DNA of 64,000 nt, from NCBI GenBank assembly GCA_038087875.1, contig CM075982.1, forward strand, positions 66,030,001 through 66,094,000, written 5' to 3'. Shown here one piece after another: positions 1 to 13,182 of this stretch (positions within the stretch are counted from its first letter, which is position 1; the number at the start of each line of letters is the position of its first letter). Under the pieces are notes generated by a model. The model was not told the DNA's origin, ran no database searches, and saw only the letters and a list, made by a program, of their open reading frames with translations. Made by a program: the position numbers and the translations under genes. Source of the DNA: Malacoraja senta (taxonomy: Eukaryota).

Positions 1-925
1 TGACCCACTGAGTTACACCAGTACTTGACCCGCTAAGTTACACCAGCACTTTGCATCTACCTTTGGTATAAGCCAGCATCTGCAGTTCTTTGTTTCTACA
101 TGCTGGAGATACTCTTGCAGAAAACAAAGTGCTGGATGAACTCAGTGGGTCAGGCAGCATCTGTGGAGAACATGTTTTGTGTTGGGACCATTCTTCAGAC
201 TGAATGTGGATAGTTTTGGGTCAGAATCCTTCTTCAGTCCCGAACCGAAACATTGCCTATCAATGTCCTTCAGAGATGCTGCGTGACCCGTTGAGTTACT
301 CACTACTTTGTGTTGTACACAAGATTCCAGCAACTGCAGTTCCTTATGTCTACATGCTGGAGATACTCAGTGGATCTGACAGCATCTGTGGAGGACAGGG
401 ATAGATGACATTTCTGGACGGATCCCTTCTTCAGACTGAATTTCGATAGATTACGTCTTGGGTCGGGATCCTTCTTCAGCCCTAACGTTTCCACTATGTT
501 CCTTCCTCTGGCTTAAGAATTTGCACTTCTATCCTTGTCTCAAAACTCTTGCCTTTTCATCTCTGGCCTTTTTCCGACCATCTCCCTATCAAATAACCTC
601 CCTATCACTCGCTCGTCTTTGTCCTGCCTATTTTCTCTCCCAGCTTTATCACCTCCAGCGCAATCACTCTGAAGAGAGGTCCCGACCAGAAACATCACCA
701 ATCCATGTCCTACAGAGATGCTGCCTGACCGGACGAGTTACTCCAGTAATTTATGTTCTACACAAGATTCCAGCAGCCACAGTTCTTTTATGTGTATATG
801 CTGGAGATACTCAGCGGGTCAAGCAACATCTGTGCAGAGAGAAACAGTATTTCATCAGATCATGGACTTAAAACGTTAATTGTTTCTCTCTCGGCAGATA
901 TTGCCTGACCTGCTAAGTGTCCCAG
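1..925. mobile_element. Cluster of nested, degenerate Penelope 3'-tail-derived short elements in both orientations
   Basis: Repeated motifs 'gagatgctgc..gacc..tgagttactccag', 'ccagcatctgcagttc' and 'ccttcttcagactga' match the 3' end of the Penelope element at 49230-49330. Confidence 0.75.
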
Positions 926-2138
926 GCAATGTACGTAGATCACCTTATCTTTACTTGCATGACTCAAAATCTATGGGAGAGAGGTGTAGGTGCTCCCTGA
1001 TGCATGCAGTGGAAGAATTTAAAGCTCATCCACACTATTATTTCAAATGCAGATAGGGATACAAGGGGGAAACGGATAGAACAATTTCTCCATGAAGGAT
1101 TGATGAGAAAGCATTAGAATTAACCAATTTGCCCAAGTGTATAGTTTGCATCTGTGCAATATAATTCAGGGTTAAATTGCTCATTTGCGTCAAGGTCTGC
1201 AAAATTACAAGCATCATCAAAATGCAATGAGTAACTGGTTTAGATATGAAATTATTTGGCTCTTCTCAGACCTTCAAAATAATTAAAAATAAAATATAAA
1301 CAAAATGGTTGATCATAAACACCAGGCGACCAACTTCCAAATTGTTTTGAGAGTCTTGGTTTGCAAGATTAAAAAAAATGATAAATATGATTGTAAAACT
1401 TGTATGGGATAGGTTTGGATTTCAGCCGTAGAGTTATACAGCATGGAAACAGGTCCAATTCATCCATGCCGACCATGATGCTAGGCCTGTTTTCCTGCAT
1501 TTGGCCCATGTGCCTCTGAACTGAAATCCACATACTCAACCAAATATTTCTTTAAATGTTGTAACTACCTGCCTCTATCACTTCCTCTGGCAGATCATTT
1601 CATATACCCACCACCTTCTCTGGGGAAAAATATAACATGCCCCGCAGATCCCCTTTAAACCTTTCCCCTCTTATCTTAACCCAATGCCCTTTAGTTTTAG
1701 ACGACTTACCCGCTTATGACTTTATAAACCTCTATATTATCACCCAGTCCAGGGAAGACACTCCCAGACTATTCAATCTGTCCTTTTAACTCGGGCTCTT
1801 CGGTGATGTGATTGTACTTCCGTATGAAGGGTGGTATTAAAATGTACAGCCATGAATCACTTTCTCAGGCAGGAAATGTAAGCAGCCATTTTGACTTACG
1901 AGCAATTGGTTGAACTATTGACAACATTGGCAATGATCACTGTGATTTATTGCCTTGACCCGTTGACCATAAGTGACAGGACCGTATCTGTTCTCTTTCC
2001 TGTACTTCGGGGTCTCGCCCCTTCTCCCTCCCTCCAAGAACAAGGATAAAAATTATCCATCTACTCATCATCGGAACTTTAATTTCCATATTCAATGGAC
2101 CATGCTTCAATATTTTTAACATCCTAAATGTGATATCT

Positions 2139-2888
2139 AAATGGTGTCAAGTTGGGAAAAGGGGAAGTACAACAGGATCTGGGGGTCCTTGTTCATCAGT
2201 CTATGAAAGTAAACATGCAGGTACAGCAGGCAGTGAAGAAAGCGAATGGCATGTTGGCCTTTATAACAAGAGGAATCGAATATAGGAGTAAAGAGGCCCT
2301 TCTGCAGTTGTACAGAGCCCTAGTGAGACCACACCTGGAGTATTGTGTGCAGTTTTGGTCCCCTAATTTGAGGATGGACATTCTTGCTATTGAGGGAGTG
2401 CAGCATAGGTTTACAAGGCTAATACCCGGGATGGCGGGACTGTCATATGCTGAGCGAATGGAGCAGCTGGGCTTGTACACTCTGGAGTTTAGAAGGATGA
2501 GAGGGGATCTCATTGAAACATATAAGATTGTTAAGGGTTTGGACACGCTAGTGGCAGGAAACATGTTCCCGATGTTGGGGGAGTCCAGAACCAGGTGCCA
2601 CAGTTTAAGAATAAGGAGTAAGCCATTTAGAACGGAGACGAGGAAACACTTTTTCTCACGGAGAGTGGTGATTCTGTGGAATTCTCTGGCTCAGGGGGCG
2701 GTGGAGGCAGGTTCTCTGGATGCTTTCAAGAGAGAACTAGATAGGGCTCTTAAAAATAGCGGAGTCAGGGGATATGGGGAGAAGGCAGGAACGGGGTACT
2801 TACTGATTGAGTATGATCAGCCATGATCACATTAAATGGCGGTGCTGGCTCGAAGGCCGAATGGCCTACTCCTGCACCTATTGTCTAC
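2139..2888 (+). mobile_element. CR1 (HER1-type) LINE, 5'-truncated 3' end, in a ZGPAT intron
   Basis: ORF 2152-2826 is the CR1 ORF2 C-terminus ([38 protein letters not shown]), followed by the CR1 3' stem-loop 'ggcggtgctggctcgaaggccgaatggcctactcctgcacc'. Confidence 0.93.
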
Positions 2889-3775
2889 TGATACTGTAGC
2901 CAGATTAATCGTTTTAGGATTCTGAAGTGACTGTCCCACAGGGATATACCTGGGTTCACTCTTCTGCCTCCTCCAATACCCATATCTCTTCCCATGACAC
3001 ATCCCTATACAATTCTCTCTTCTCGCCCTATCATTGCTCTAATCTCTTCATTTTCTGCAGCTTCCTTGAATGGTCCTTGAATGTTGTTGAGCACCATATA
3101 ACCTGCATGTGTATGCACAAGAACATCAGAGAGAGAGAGAGAGGCCTGTTGCAGTTTAACTCAGTTCTGCATTGCTGTAGTACCTATTTGTACCCACTAG
3201 ATGTCTAAAATAAGTTCAGAATGCATTCTTTGTTTCTCACATGGTGGGGTGAAACTGAAAGATATTCGGAGAAAGACACAACATGCTGGAGTAACTCAGC
3301 AGGTCAGGAAACATGTCTGGAGAACATGGACATGTGATGTTTCTAGCATTTTGCATCTTTCTTTGGCAAACCAGCACCTGCAGTACCTTATTATTAGAAG
3401 GGAAGATATCTAGTTTGATTTATAATCTCTCCAAACCATGTCGCCTTGGAGAATGAGAATTTTTTCAGTGAGTCCTGATAAGAAGTGCATGTACCTGGAT
3501 GCTTGTTTTGATGCCCCTTATTATTTACTGGAGACAAGGTACTTTTGTGTGATATTAGCACAACTAATGTTGGTAAATGGGGGAAAAAAAGGCAGGAGAT
3601 ACAAGGGATTGAAGGCCTGGATCCAATGGAGGATAAAATAACGTTGAGGTCCATTGCAGGTCTGGGTGAGTGAGGCCTGGATTTAGAACAATAATGTTGA
3701 CTTAAATGAAAGACTAATGGAAAATGATGTATTTTGTAGCAACATTTTCAGTGCTGAAATTAATTGTTTGACCAG

Positions 3776-3909
3776 ATACTCGCATGGAGAAGTTGTGGCT
3801 ATATCTGAACTACGAGAGTTTGAAGAACTGGACCTTAGTTCACTTGAAGTGGGGTCACCCTGTTTAGCTAAATTTGAAGATGAGATTTGGTACCCAGCTA
3901 AAATCCTAG
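3776..3909 (+). CDS. ZGPAT: ZGPAT internal coding exon (Tudor-like region, RYSHGEVVAISELREFEE...WYPAKIL)
   Basis: ccAG acceptor at 3774-3775, G|GTGCGT donor. Peptide matches the vertebrate ZGPAT segment RFSHGQVVSLDELRPF...CLAK...LW. Phase is compatible with the next exon. Confidence 0.92.
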
Positions 3910-5553
3910 GTGCGTACATCATTTATTCATCTTAGTCTAAGAAACTGTAAACATGTTCCTAATGGTTATTTCTGTGTAGATTATCTTAGTACTTTTTTTT
4001 AAAGTGAATATTAATATATTTGGATCAAGTCTATATCTGTGCAATAAATTCAACTTTTCACTGCAGAAGAGATTACTTTATCTGCTGAATATTTTAATTG
4101 CAGGATACCGGGATTGTCACTGCAACTTTGTGAGAGATATGTATGAATTTTCACTAGTTCTGTTATTTAACATAATATTGTTCATAAGAAAAATATAAAT
4201 GTATTTATCAGTGTGTTTAAATCCAGTCTGTTTTAAATTAGCATTGTTATACTGCAATTGTTACCTTTCATTGTAAATTGTAAAGTAAGCTCTTCTAAAT
4301 TCAGAAGAAAGGGAATTTGACGTGCTGCTTAAAGCAATGTACTGGAGGAATTCAACAGGTCAGGTAGCATTGGAAGTGTGTTTGTGCATCGCGGGCAGAG
4401 GAGAAAGCTGAGGCAGGTACAATTGCAGCATTTGAATTGCACGTGGACCAACATCTGAATATGAAAGGTTTTCTGAGAAATGGGGCAAATGCAGGCAAGT
4501 GGGTTTATCATAGAATGTGAGTACGTAATTGTGCTTTGGCTAATCCTTTGCAGATAGCGAGTGAGCAGGCAAGTGAGATTAGTTTGAGAGTTTATGTGAT
4601 AAAAGAATTAGAGCTCACCATTCGTGCCTAATTGCTTGTTTCTGCAGTTAAATTCTATAGTTCCAGTTCCAAATGACACAAAAATAATAATGTGAAATCT
4701 CACAGGCTACTGTATCTGTTTAGAAGCAGTATATAGAAAATGCCTGTTTAAAATGTAAGCTGCAGCACCATATACATTAGTTATGACATACATAGTTTAA
4801 GAAATATAATTACAATTTCTGCCCTTCAGTTCTATGATTTAGGCCACTACTATTAAGTTCTGTTTGTACAAAATATACAACACTATAGCTGTCCAACTTC
4901 ATTTGTTTTATCTTGCTTTTTAAATTATAAAATCTAAAATACTGCATATTTTGATATTTGTTTTGAATGAGCTGAAATTTGAGCATTGTGTTTGGGGAAA
5001 ACCTGGCTATTTGTTTGTTATGTGCACCACATTTAGTTTCAGGCTTCAGCCAAAAGGTGGCGGGTTAGAGTGAAATTTTGATCTTACTTTCCTATAATAT
5101 AAAAAAATTTCATACATTGAATGAAAGTAAATTTGAAACGTAACATTCAAAAGAACATCCTTAAGATGTGTGAACTAAAGTCTCAGCTGTTCGAATTCAT
5201 TCTTGCATGCTATATTTCTTAAAGTCTACTTTGTGCTTTGTATTTTGATGAAACGCTATGTATTATTATCCCACTCCTTTGTTCTCACCCACCATTCTGC
5301 CATCTGAACGTTTTCCTTCAATTTTGAAGGAAAATTCCAGCTTTGTGTAAAATAAATGTGAAAAATATAGCATGTCAGAGTTTGTGTTTAAAAATAATGA
5401 AGAGCATGGGTTCAGAAAAGATAGAACCAGATTACAAAGAATAAGCATTGAGTATATTGATTATAAACTCTATATGCAAAGCACTGCTATTTAGAAAAGT
5501 TTGTATTTCTGAATTTTGGCTCATATGTGCAAATAATTTGTGTTTTTTTACAG

Positions 5554-5706
5554 ATATAGATAATGGTTATTTTACAGTAAAATTGGACTCCTTGCTTCAA
5601 AGAGAAATGGTAGTGGAAGGAGATGGGATTATGCCAGTACATCGGAGTGATGATTCTTCCTCGTCATCTAGCTCTGAGGATGAGGGTCAGCTTGGTTTTG
5701 CCAAAG
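5554..5706 (+). CDS. ZGPAT: ZGPAT internal coding exon (DIDNGYFTVKLDSLLQREMVVEGDGIMP...FAK)
   Basis: ttttttacAG acceptor, G|GTAAGG donor; matches ZGPAT DVDNGYYTVKFDSLLLREAVVEGDGILP. Confidence 0.93.
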
Positions 5707-6125
5707 GTAAGGCTTACAACAAAAAAGTTACAGCTAGTTCTTCAACAAACCACGTCCATTGAACAGTATAATGTATTTTAAAACCGTTTGCGGGAAGAGA
5801 TGGTATTTTATCAATTTAAAGCAATTATTAAATAATGCCTACAATGTAATGTTAGATAAGAAATTGTAAGGTGACTGATAGCCTAGAATGTTATCAGGTC
5901 ATAATTCTACAGTTCAATACTAATGCACAATAATCTTTTGAAATACTTGATTGAATTCTATCCTGGACAAGATTTCACCATTGGCATTAGAACTTCAGAG
6001 CAGCCTAATTTTAATTGTTCAAGGCTTGAGCTCCCATTTATTAAAAACCCCCAACTTAATTTCTACCCTCCACTTATTCTAAGATTAAGAGCAAGGATAT
6101 GAATGCAAATTTAGTTTTGTTACTA

Positions 6126-6825
6126 TCTATATCCTTATTAAAAGTCTCATCTTGTATGTATGCGTGTGTGCCTGTTTCCGTATGTGTTTTTCTACCTTTG
6201 TCAAAACGCTACGTGCTAGCGCTTAATTTTTTACATATTCTGACTCACATTTTCTCCCTCCACGCAGTAATCAGGTTCACTTAAGATTTCATCCTATATT
6301 TCACCTTATTGACGATTCAAGTTAAAAAAAAAAAGGCAAAACCAGTTCTCACACACAGCCTTTTTCCAGGACTTTCCACTGATGATGTCACAATGCCACT
6401 CACAGTGCACCAATCACAATGGGTTCTCAAGCTGCCGAGCGCCACAATTACATCACAATGGGACGTTGCCAACAGTAACCGCAGCTTCTCACAGACATCT
6501 TTTTTTCCAGGAGTTTTCAATGATGATGTCACAACGGCACCTCAGTGCACCAATCACAATGAGCTCTCAAGCTGCCGTGCCACACCCCCTCACCGCCACC
6601 CTCCCCTCACTCCCCCCCCCCCCCCGGGTTATTCACCCCCCCCCCCGCCCCCTGCTCCCCCGTCGGGTTATTCACACCTTCCGCCCCCTACCCCCCCAAC
6701 TGGGTTATCACACACCCCCCCGCCCCTTCCCCTCCCCCCCCACCCCACCACCGGGTTATTTACACCCCCGGCCCCCTCCCACCCCCGCTGGGTTATTCAC
6801 ACCCACCAGCCCCTCCTCCCCATTG
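6126..6825 (+). mobile_element. Putative non-autonomous Helitron 5' part with an internal ~95-bp repeat and a C-rich minisatellite
   Basis: A|TC start 'tctatatccttattaaaagtctcatcttg', similar to 55300 'tccttattactataaaactctgatcttg'. Internal repeat 6354-6445 ~ 6490-6584; (ccgggttattcaca)-type minisatellite 6600-6820. No 3' CTAG end seen. Confidence 0.5.
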
Positions 6826-7028
6826 CCTAAAAAAGGCAGCCAGCATCATCAAAGACCCACACCATCCTGGGCACACACACATTTCACCGTTGCCATCGGG
6901 AAGAAGGTACAGGTGCTGAAAACTGTAACGTCCAGGTTCAGGAACAGCTTCTTCCCTACAGCCAAGCAAGCAAGAATTTAATTGTCCTAAGTGGGACATA
7001 TGACAATAAAACACTATTGACTCTTGAC
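6826..7028 (+). mobile_element. Rex1/Babar LINE 3' fragment
   Basis: Degenerate KKAASIIKDPHHPGH..LPSGRRY..TSRFRNSFFP followed by an AATAAA-containing tail. Confidence 0.75.
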
Positions 7029-7365
7029 CCCCTGAGATTTATACCACTGTTTTACATCTAAAGAAACCTGAATGAAGTGTGGAGGGCTAGTAATAGGAAT
7101 AATATCCAATAGTCCAGAAAATCTTCCAGTACAACTTCCAGAATTTGCCAGATCAATAAAGTTTGACTACATACCTGCACTATGCCACTAGGATCTAAAT
7201 TTATTTCAGTAAAAAATTGTAAGAAATCTTTGTGAATTGAACCTTTGCCTACAAATACATTTTAAGAATCAAAATAACTTGTCAGCATGGCATTTGTGCA
7301 AAAATATCAATCTATTGCATCAACATTTTGTGATATTGATGGTGTGAAAGATACATCTTCTAGAT

Positions 7366-8108
7366 ACGCTGGGACGCATCCTCACTGATGTGACCTGGGG
7401 TCATCGGGTGTTTCGGGTCTCAGAACATCAGAAACCCTCGCTCAGGCGACCCAGCCGATGTTGATCAAGCCCCGACTTGCGTCCCAGCAGCAACCACCCA
7501 CGGATCAGCCCACTTAATCCAAAGCCACCTAACGGCTTTTTCTGCGGCTTCTTCTTTGCCAGCCCAACTGGTTGAGGCCTTTGCAGAGTGAGCGTCCTGC
7601 AAAGCCTCTACAGCCAACCTCTATGGGCTCATAGTATTGTCTTCCAGCCGCTGTCCTGGCACATCTTCACCAGTTCCTGGTACTTTGCGCGTTTCCTCTC
7701 GTTAGCCTCTTCAATACGCTCTTCCCAGGGCACTGTCAGCTCCAGAATGATCAGCTGTTTTGTCACTTCGGAGGTGATGGTCATGTCTGGCCAGAGTGAT
7801 GTTGCTGTGATGTGCTGTGGAAATTTCAGCTGTTTGCCCAGATCGACGTGCAGCTGCCAGTCAGTGGCTGTGTAGAGGAGGCCCATCCTTGTTTTTGTTT
7901 TTGGTTGTGGTCGAGGCTTCTCTCTAGCTTTGACAAAAGTGATTGATTTCTTTGGGGCGTGGTAGTGTTTGCTGTTACTGATGGCAGTGGCTATGCTCTC
8001 AGCAACCACCTTGAGCACCTGGTCATGGTGCCACAGATAACGACCTTCCCCAATGGACTTTGGGCAGCTGCTGAGGAGATGTTCTAATGATCCTCTTCCA
8101 GAGCAAAG
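7366..8108 (-). mobile_element. HERO-type non-LTR retrotransposon 3' fragment (restriction-like endonuclease)
   Basis: Minus-strand translation gives the end of a CCHC knuckle (C..RGSLEHLLSSC), RYLWHHDQVL, then the RLE motif PD...ILELTVPWEE...KY.EL. Decays after KTIL*; followed by a HERO-like 3' UTR (GACCCGAAACACCCGATGACCCCAGG). Confidence 0.8.
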
Positions 8109-8879
8109 CTAGGAAATTATATTCACTGAATAAGCTAGGTCTGTGATTGATTGCTATAATGAGAACAAATGAATATATTTATCACTTCAGTTGCTGGGAC
8201 CATTAAATGGAAGAGCAGATTGCCTTCCCAGTATAGAGCCAAAAGTTTTTATTGAAATTAATGAAATGTGAATCATCGAACATTTGGGCTGAATGGCCAG
8301 TTTCTTTGTTGCAGGTTCTATTTACAATTTTTTTTTGCCAGATCATTATCCCAGCAGTGATCACAAAAGCTGATCCTATAACTGATTTTTAATCAAGATA
8401 TTTTCAAATTTGTGATTTAATAAATCAAAATGGTGATCATGGTAAATTGTTTTTCATTGCGCGAAATGTTTTTGGTACGTTAAAAAAAATTGTTGTCATG
8501 AAATCCTTGCCGATTCTCTCTCCCCGCCACACTAACAACCCAACCTCCCAAGTTGACTCTGCATGCGAACATTCTGATATTACTTTTCTATCTTGACTGT
8601 TCTGATCTATTCTGCTTCCACTATTAGCATGCTTTTTGGAAAATCATAGCATTTACAGACTTCATAAATCTCATCAGTTATCTATATCTGATGTTACAAC
8701 ACTTAATGACTTCAGTCGGTTATCTGTGACTTTTTAATTTGTTGACCATTTCTTCCTGTGGAGCTCTGGGATTATTACATAAATTGTTCCAATCAAGTTT
8801 GTAAAACAATACATTAGACTGCTAAAAATAATGTTCTGCATTTTTCTTTCCATTTATTTACATTTATTTTGTTTCACAG

Positions 8880-9011
8880 TTTTGGATGCAAAACCTGGGG
8901 AGATGGAAAATTGGACAGCATCTTCCAGCTCTTCATTTGCAGGTTGGGAAGCCCACACTCGAGGCATGGGATCCAAACTAATGATGAAGATGGGTTATGA
9001 ATTTGGCAAAG
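8880..9011 (+). CDS. ZGPAT: ZGPAT coding exon, start of G-patch (FAGWEAHTRGMGSKLMMKMGYEFGK)
   Basis: tttcacAG acceptor, G|GTAAGG donor; canonical G-patch start. Confidence 0.95.
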
Positions 9012-9547
9012 GTAAGGAGGTTATTACTGACCAATTATCACCTGGTAGAGAAATACTTAATACTCTTGCTGAGATACAAACAAAATACTGTCCAGCACAG
9101 GATATGGTTTCTATTAATTAGTTGCATAATTATATTGACATATTGAACTTTATGTATTAAATGTGATTCAGTTACGATATTTATGATAGTTAATTGGCAT
9201 GCAACAGATGATGCTCAGAAAATTTGGAAAAGGTGAAGTTGTGTCACGAGCTGCATGCTGTTTCCAAAATTGAATGATTTAGTGTTTGCAATACTTCTAT
9301 CCTTTACTTTCTACAATGGTGTAGTCTTGTCAATGAGTGATGCAATACTGCTAAAGAAAAATTTGTGTTTATTGATACTTTCTTTGTGTTTCTTAAATGT
9401 ATACATTGTATTCCCTTTCCAAATAAATCGACTGCAGACAAGCAGTTTGGAACCGAAATAAAAACTGAAATACACATCGGGTCAAACAGCATCTATAGAG
9501 AGAGAAATAATGTTAACAGTTCAGGTCATTGACTTTTCACCATTGAC

Positions 9548-9862
9548 TTTAGACTTTACTTTAGACATACAGCGCGGAAACAGGCCCTTCGGCCCACCAA
9601 ATCCGCACTGATCAATGCTCACACCGTAGGCTTACACTACCCTACACACTAGGGACAATTTGCTTTTTTTTTTAACCAAACCCAATTAACCTACAAACCT
9701 GTATGTCTTGGGAATGTGGGAGGAAACCGGAGCACCTGGAGAAAACCGACGCGGTCACAGGGAGAACATACAAACTCCGTACAGACAGCACCTATAATCA
9801 GGATCGAACCTAGTGTCTCTGGTGCTGTAAAGCAGCAACTGTATTGCTACGCCACTGTGCCA
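9548..9862 (-). mobile_element. tRNA-derived V-type SINE (HE1-like)
   Basis: Minus strand: A/B-box head (GGTTCGATCC), V-domain 'ggagtttgtatgttctccctgtg', CR1-like tail 'gggccgaagggcctgtttcc..tgt.tctaaa'. Confidence 0.85.
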
Positions 9863-10057
9863 CCTTTTCAGTCAGTTCAGGTCAAGTCACTGTCACTGAC
9901 TTCTCACCTTCGGCCAGAAAGAGTGACTTTGTTCTCTTCTTCACACATTTAGCCTGACCTGCTGACTGTTTCCGACTTTCTGTTTTTATTTCAGATTTAC
10001 AGCATTCGCTCTTGTTTGCTTTTTGATTGCTAATTTGGGGCGGTTTTTTTCTTTTAG

Positions 10058-10478
10058 GTCTAGGGAAGAATGCTGAAGGTAGAGTGGAGCCAGTACACGC
10101 AGTGGTTTTACCACAGGGGAAGTCGCTGGATCAATGCACTGAAATCCTGCAAAAAAAGAGAGAAGGAAAACTGAACCATCTTCATAAAAAGAAGCACAGG
10201 AGGAAAGGTCAAGGCGGCTCGTGCATTAAAGAGAGAAAACCACGCCATAATGTGTTTGACTTTTTGAATGATAAACTCCAAAGTACTGGGCAGACCAGCA
10301 GCTCGTCAGCTCAAACTGAACTTGCTAAAAGAGAGAGAAACAGCAAAGAATGTTACAGGGCCAGCAACAGCATGAAGAAAACGCTAAATGTCCAGCTCTT
10401 TCAGATAATGCAAAAGATAGACCATACAGAAAAGGACATTGTAAAAATTATGGAAGCACTTGCAAGAAATGTTGGAAG
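10058..10478 (+). CDS. ZGPAT: ZGPAT coding exon (GLGKNAEGRVEPVHAVVLPQGKSLDQC...NVFDFLN...ALARNVGR)
   Basis: ttttcttttAG acceptor, AG|GTATCT donor; G-patch end and coiled-coil region match ZGPAT. Confidence 0.95.
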
Positions 10479-11825
10479 GTATCTACCACTCTCTTTACAA
10501 TTCGATCTTAATTTAAATTGGTAGTTCCGTCATGTAATTAAATCATATTGTTTAAGATAGTAGGTAGTCACTGATGAATGTGATGAAGCAGCTCAAAATT
10601 AAAAGGAGGAAAGGACCCTGTTTGGTTCCTATCAGAAAATAGCCCCCTGACATTGCAATTCTTTCTCAGCTGATCAATGGGTAAGCTGGGTAGAATTGGC
10701 AGAATATTTAAATTGGACAGTAGTCTGGAATAAAAATCAAGATGTTGGAAAACTGACAAAATGCTGAAATACTCAGCAGGTTAGGCAGCATTTGTGGAAA
10801 GGGAAACAGGGGTAGTGTTCCAGGTTGGAGACCTTATGTAACAACCTGCTGAAATCTTGGACAACCATTTTTAATGTGTAGGAATGAACTGCAGAAGCTG
10901 GTTTATACCAAAGAAAAGGAGTAGGTGCTGTTTCGGACTCCTTTTCTCCAGAGATGTTGCCTGGCCCCCTTGAGTTGTTCCAACCATTTTTAATGTTCAC
11001 TTTACCACCAATTTCAGTGTCATTTGCAAATGCTTTCAATATTCAACTTTTCCAATGCCACCATGCCAAGTTATTGTTCATCACGTTCACCTAACATTTA
11101 TCTACATTAACTTGTGTTGGACTTCCATTCCACGGTGTACTGGTTCTCAAGTCTTCCGGTCATGTTCCACCTCTTCATTATCCTTGTATAGAAGCACGCA
11201 GCCAACATTCCTTGACTTGCATCATTGTAATTTCCCCCCAACCACACCCTAACAAATGAATATAGCGTCCTTATACCCATATCACCAGTAATGCCCTTTT
11301 GAAACTCGTTTATCTTGTTACCTCTTAATTCCCATTTTAATTACCTTACAATTGATTGCATGGCCTAGTTATTTTCTTCATTCCTTTCCAACTCTCCGCC
11401 CTCCGCCCCCCCCCCCCCCCCCGCAACAGCTGCAGGGTTTAGTGACCTGGAAATTATTTTTCTTTGCTAATTTAAAAATCCACATTAACTGGTATCATTT
11501 AACATATTGTCAATTATGTAAGTGAGCTCAAGATTTATTTTGCTGAATTATTGCATAAATAAATATTTTTAAAGGGAAGGAGAGAGCTGCGATAAAGTTG
11601 TTTTATATTGTGTAGCGTCTCAAACAAGGTAAAATATTTTTCAATCCTTCAAGATACAAGATACATTTATTTGTCACATGTACCAATTGGTACAGTGAAA
11701 TGTGTGGTCGCCATCCTTTAGAGTAAAGGTGAAGGTTTAACTCGTTGGTCAAAGAATATCAAGAGTTGTGTAACATCAACATCACTTAGTAGTATGCTTC
11801 ACTATTCTCCACTGCTTTATTACAG

Positions 11826-11964
11826 AGACAAAGCAGTAACTTCTCATCTTGAAGAGAAGTTGTCTAATGCAAGGAAGCAGTTATCCTATCTAAAGACTCA
11901 GGAATCCGGGGCAACGCGGGAACAAAAGAAAGGAAACACGCACAAGATGATGACCAAATTCTGA
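11826..11964 (+). CDS. ZGPAT: ZGPAT last coding exon (RDKAVTSHLEEKLSNARKQL...HKMMTKF*)
   Basis: tttacAG acceptor; phase fits the upstream exon; ends HKMMTKF-TGA versus human HKKMTEF*. Not in the ORF track because it is shorter than 60 aa. Confidence 0.93.
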
Positions 11965-12843
11965 TTTGAAGTCCTCCAGTGCTCTTTGTTCTGTTTTGAA
12001 GTGTAAACATTTGTGCAGCATTTTCTGCGGCAAATATATGTATACAATGAAATTAGTCTAATACGGTCCCTGTGCTTTTAGGTGTAACTTTTTGAAGGGT
12101 TTGCAGAGAACTAATAAGGAAAATCTCTTCTGTTCTTAGAAGAGACTCAATGTAAGCACCCAAACATCACAAATGCTCCACTAACTTTTTTTAAACCCAG
12201 AAAAGTTACGTTGTTTTGGTCTTGTAAATCGTAAAGTGGCAGTTATATTAAAATGTTTTCTCCCCTGTGATTTTTCATAACTTAAGAACATGGAGTTAAA
12301 CTCAAACTTCTGGTCAAGCTCAAAGAAAAACGTTTTTTTTAAAATAAGAGATTTTCTGTTTCCGTGTGTTGACAGACTGGACATTGATTTGGTTTCAAAT
12401 ATCAACTCAATTTAACAATTGTGATTCCTGGATTCAACACCATGCCATTTGAGGAACCAGATGCCAGCCATACTCCCACTCAAGTGTTGCAGTAGATCCT
12501 GGAACTCTGTGTATCAAATGGAACTTGTTTACTTCTGGGCCGTTAGATGACTTACTCAGGGAAAACCTGAGGCTCCATCTGCAGGTAATACAGCAGAGGG
12601 CCTCAGCATCGTATGATTTGTAGGTGTGAACTGGAAGATATTGCAATGGTGAACCAAGATTGTGGAGAAAATAGATGATTTTGAAATGGTGTTTGTGATG
12701 AACAGCATTGGCAGTGAGCACATACTGGCCAGTGAATGGTAAGACCAAGTGTCAGGCATTAAAGTTGTTGACACTGGCAAGTGAAGTCATGTTTATAGAA
12801 GGAGGAGGTTGACAAAAACAATGTTTAATGTGGCAATAGTTTG

Positions 12844-12849
12844 AATAAA
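12844..12849 (+). promoter_or_regulatory. Candidate ZGPAT polyadenylation signal (AATAAA)
   Basis: First AATAAA I found after the stop codon, with T-rich sequence downstream. ATTAAA alternatives lie nearby. Confidence 0.45.
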
Positions 12850-13182
12850 CAGGAGACTGATAGAGCTGAAATGCACAGGAATTAAATTTGTTTTCTGCTG
12901 ACAGATGGTTTTGCGCTTGAGTTTTAACCCAACATCAAGGAATAAGTTAAAAGGAAAATATTAAAGATTCTTTCCAGTGCCCACTTTACCTGAAGTTTTT
13001 TCAGTCTTCAACATGACTAATGGTCCTATGGCTAATGGTCCTATGTTTCAAATCTCGTGTCATTTTCAGACATTGTATTCTGATCGCTGCACACAACGTC
13101 AAGCAAGGCTCTCGACCCGAAATGTTACCCATCACTTTTCTATAGAGATGCCATCTGACCTGCTGAGTTACTCCAGCTTTGC

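Noticed and set aside
1800-2060. Cluster of ETS/YY1-like motifs in a ZGPAT intron
   Set aside because: Short motifs expected by chance; cannot be supported without conservation data.
6309-6981. Proline-rich ORFs of 173 and 199 aa
   Set aside because: Translation of a C-rich minisatellite running into a Rex1 fragment inside a ZGPAT intron.
9770-9862. tRNA-like sequences with A/B boxes (many sites)
   Set aside because: SINE heads continuing into the V-domain and CR1-like tail; not tRNA genes.
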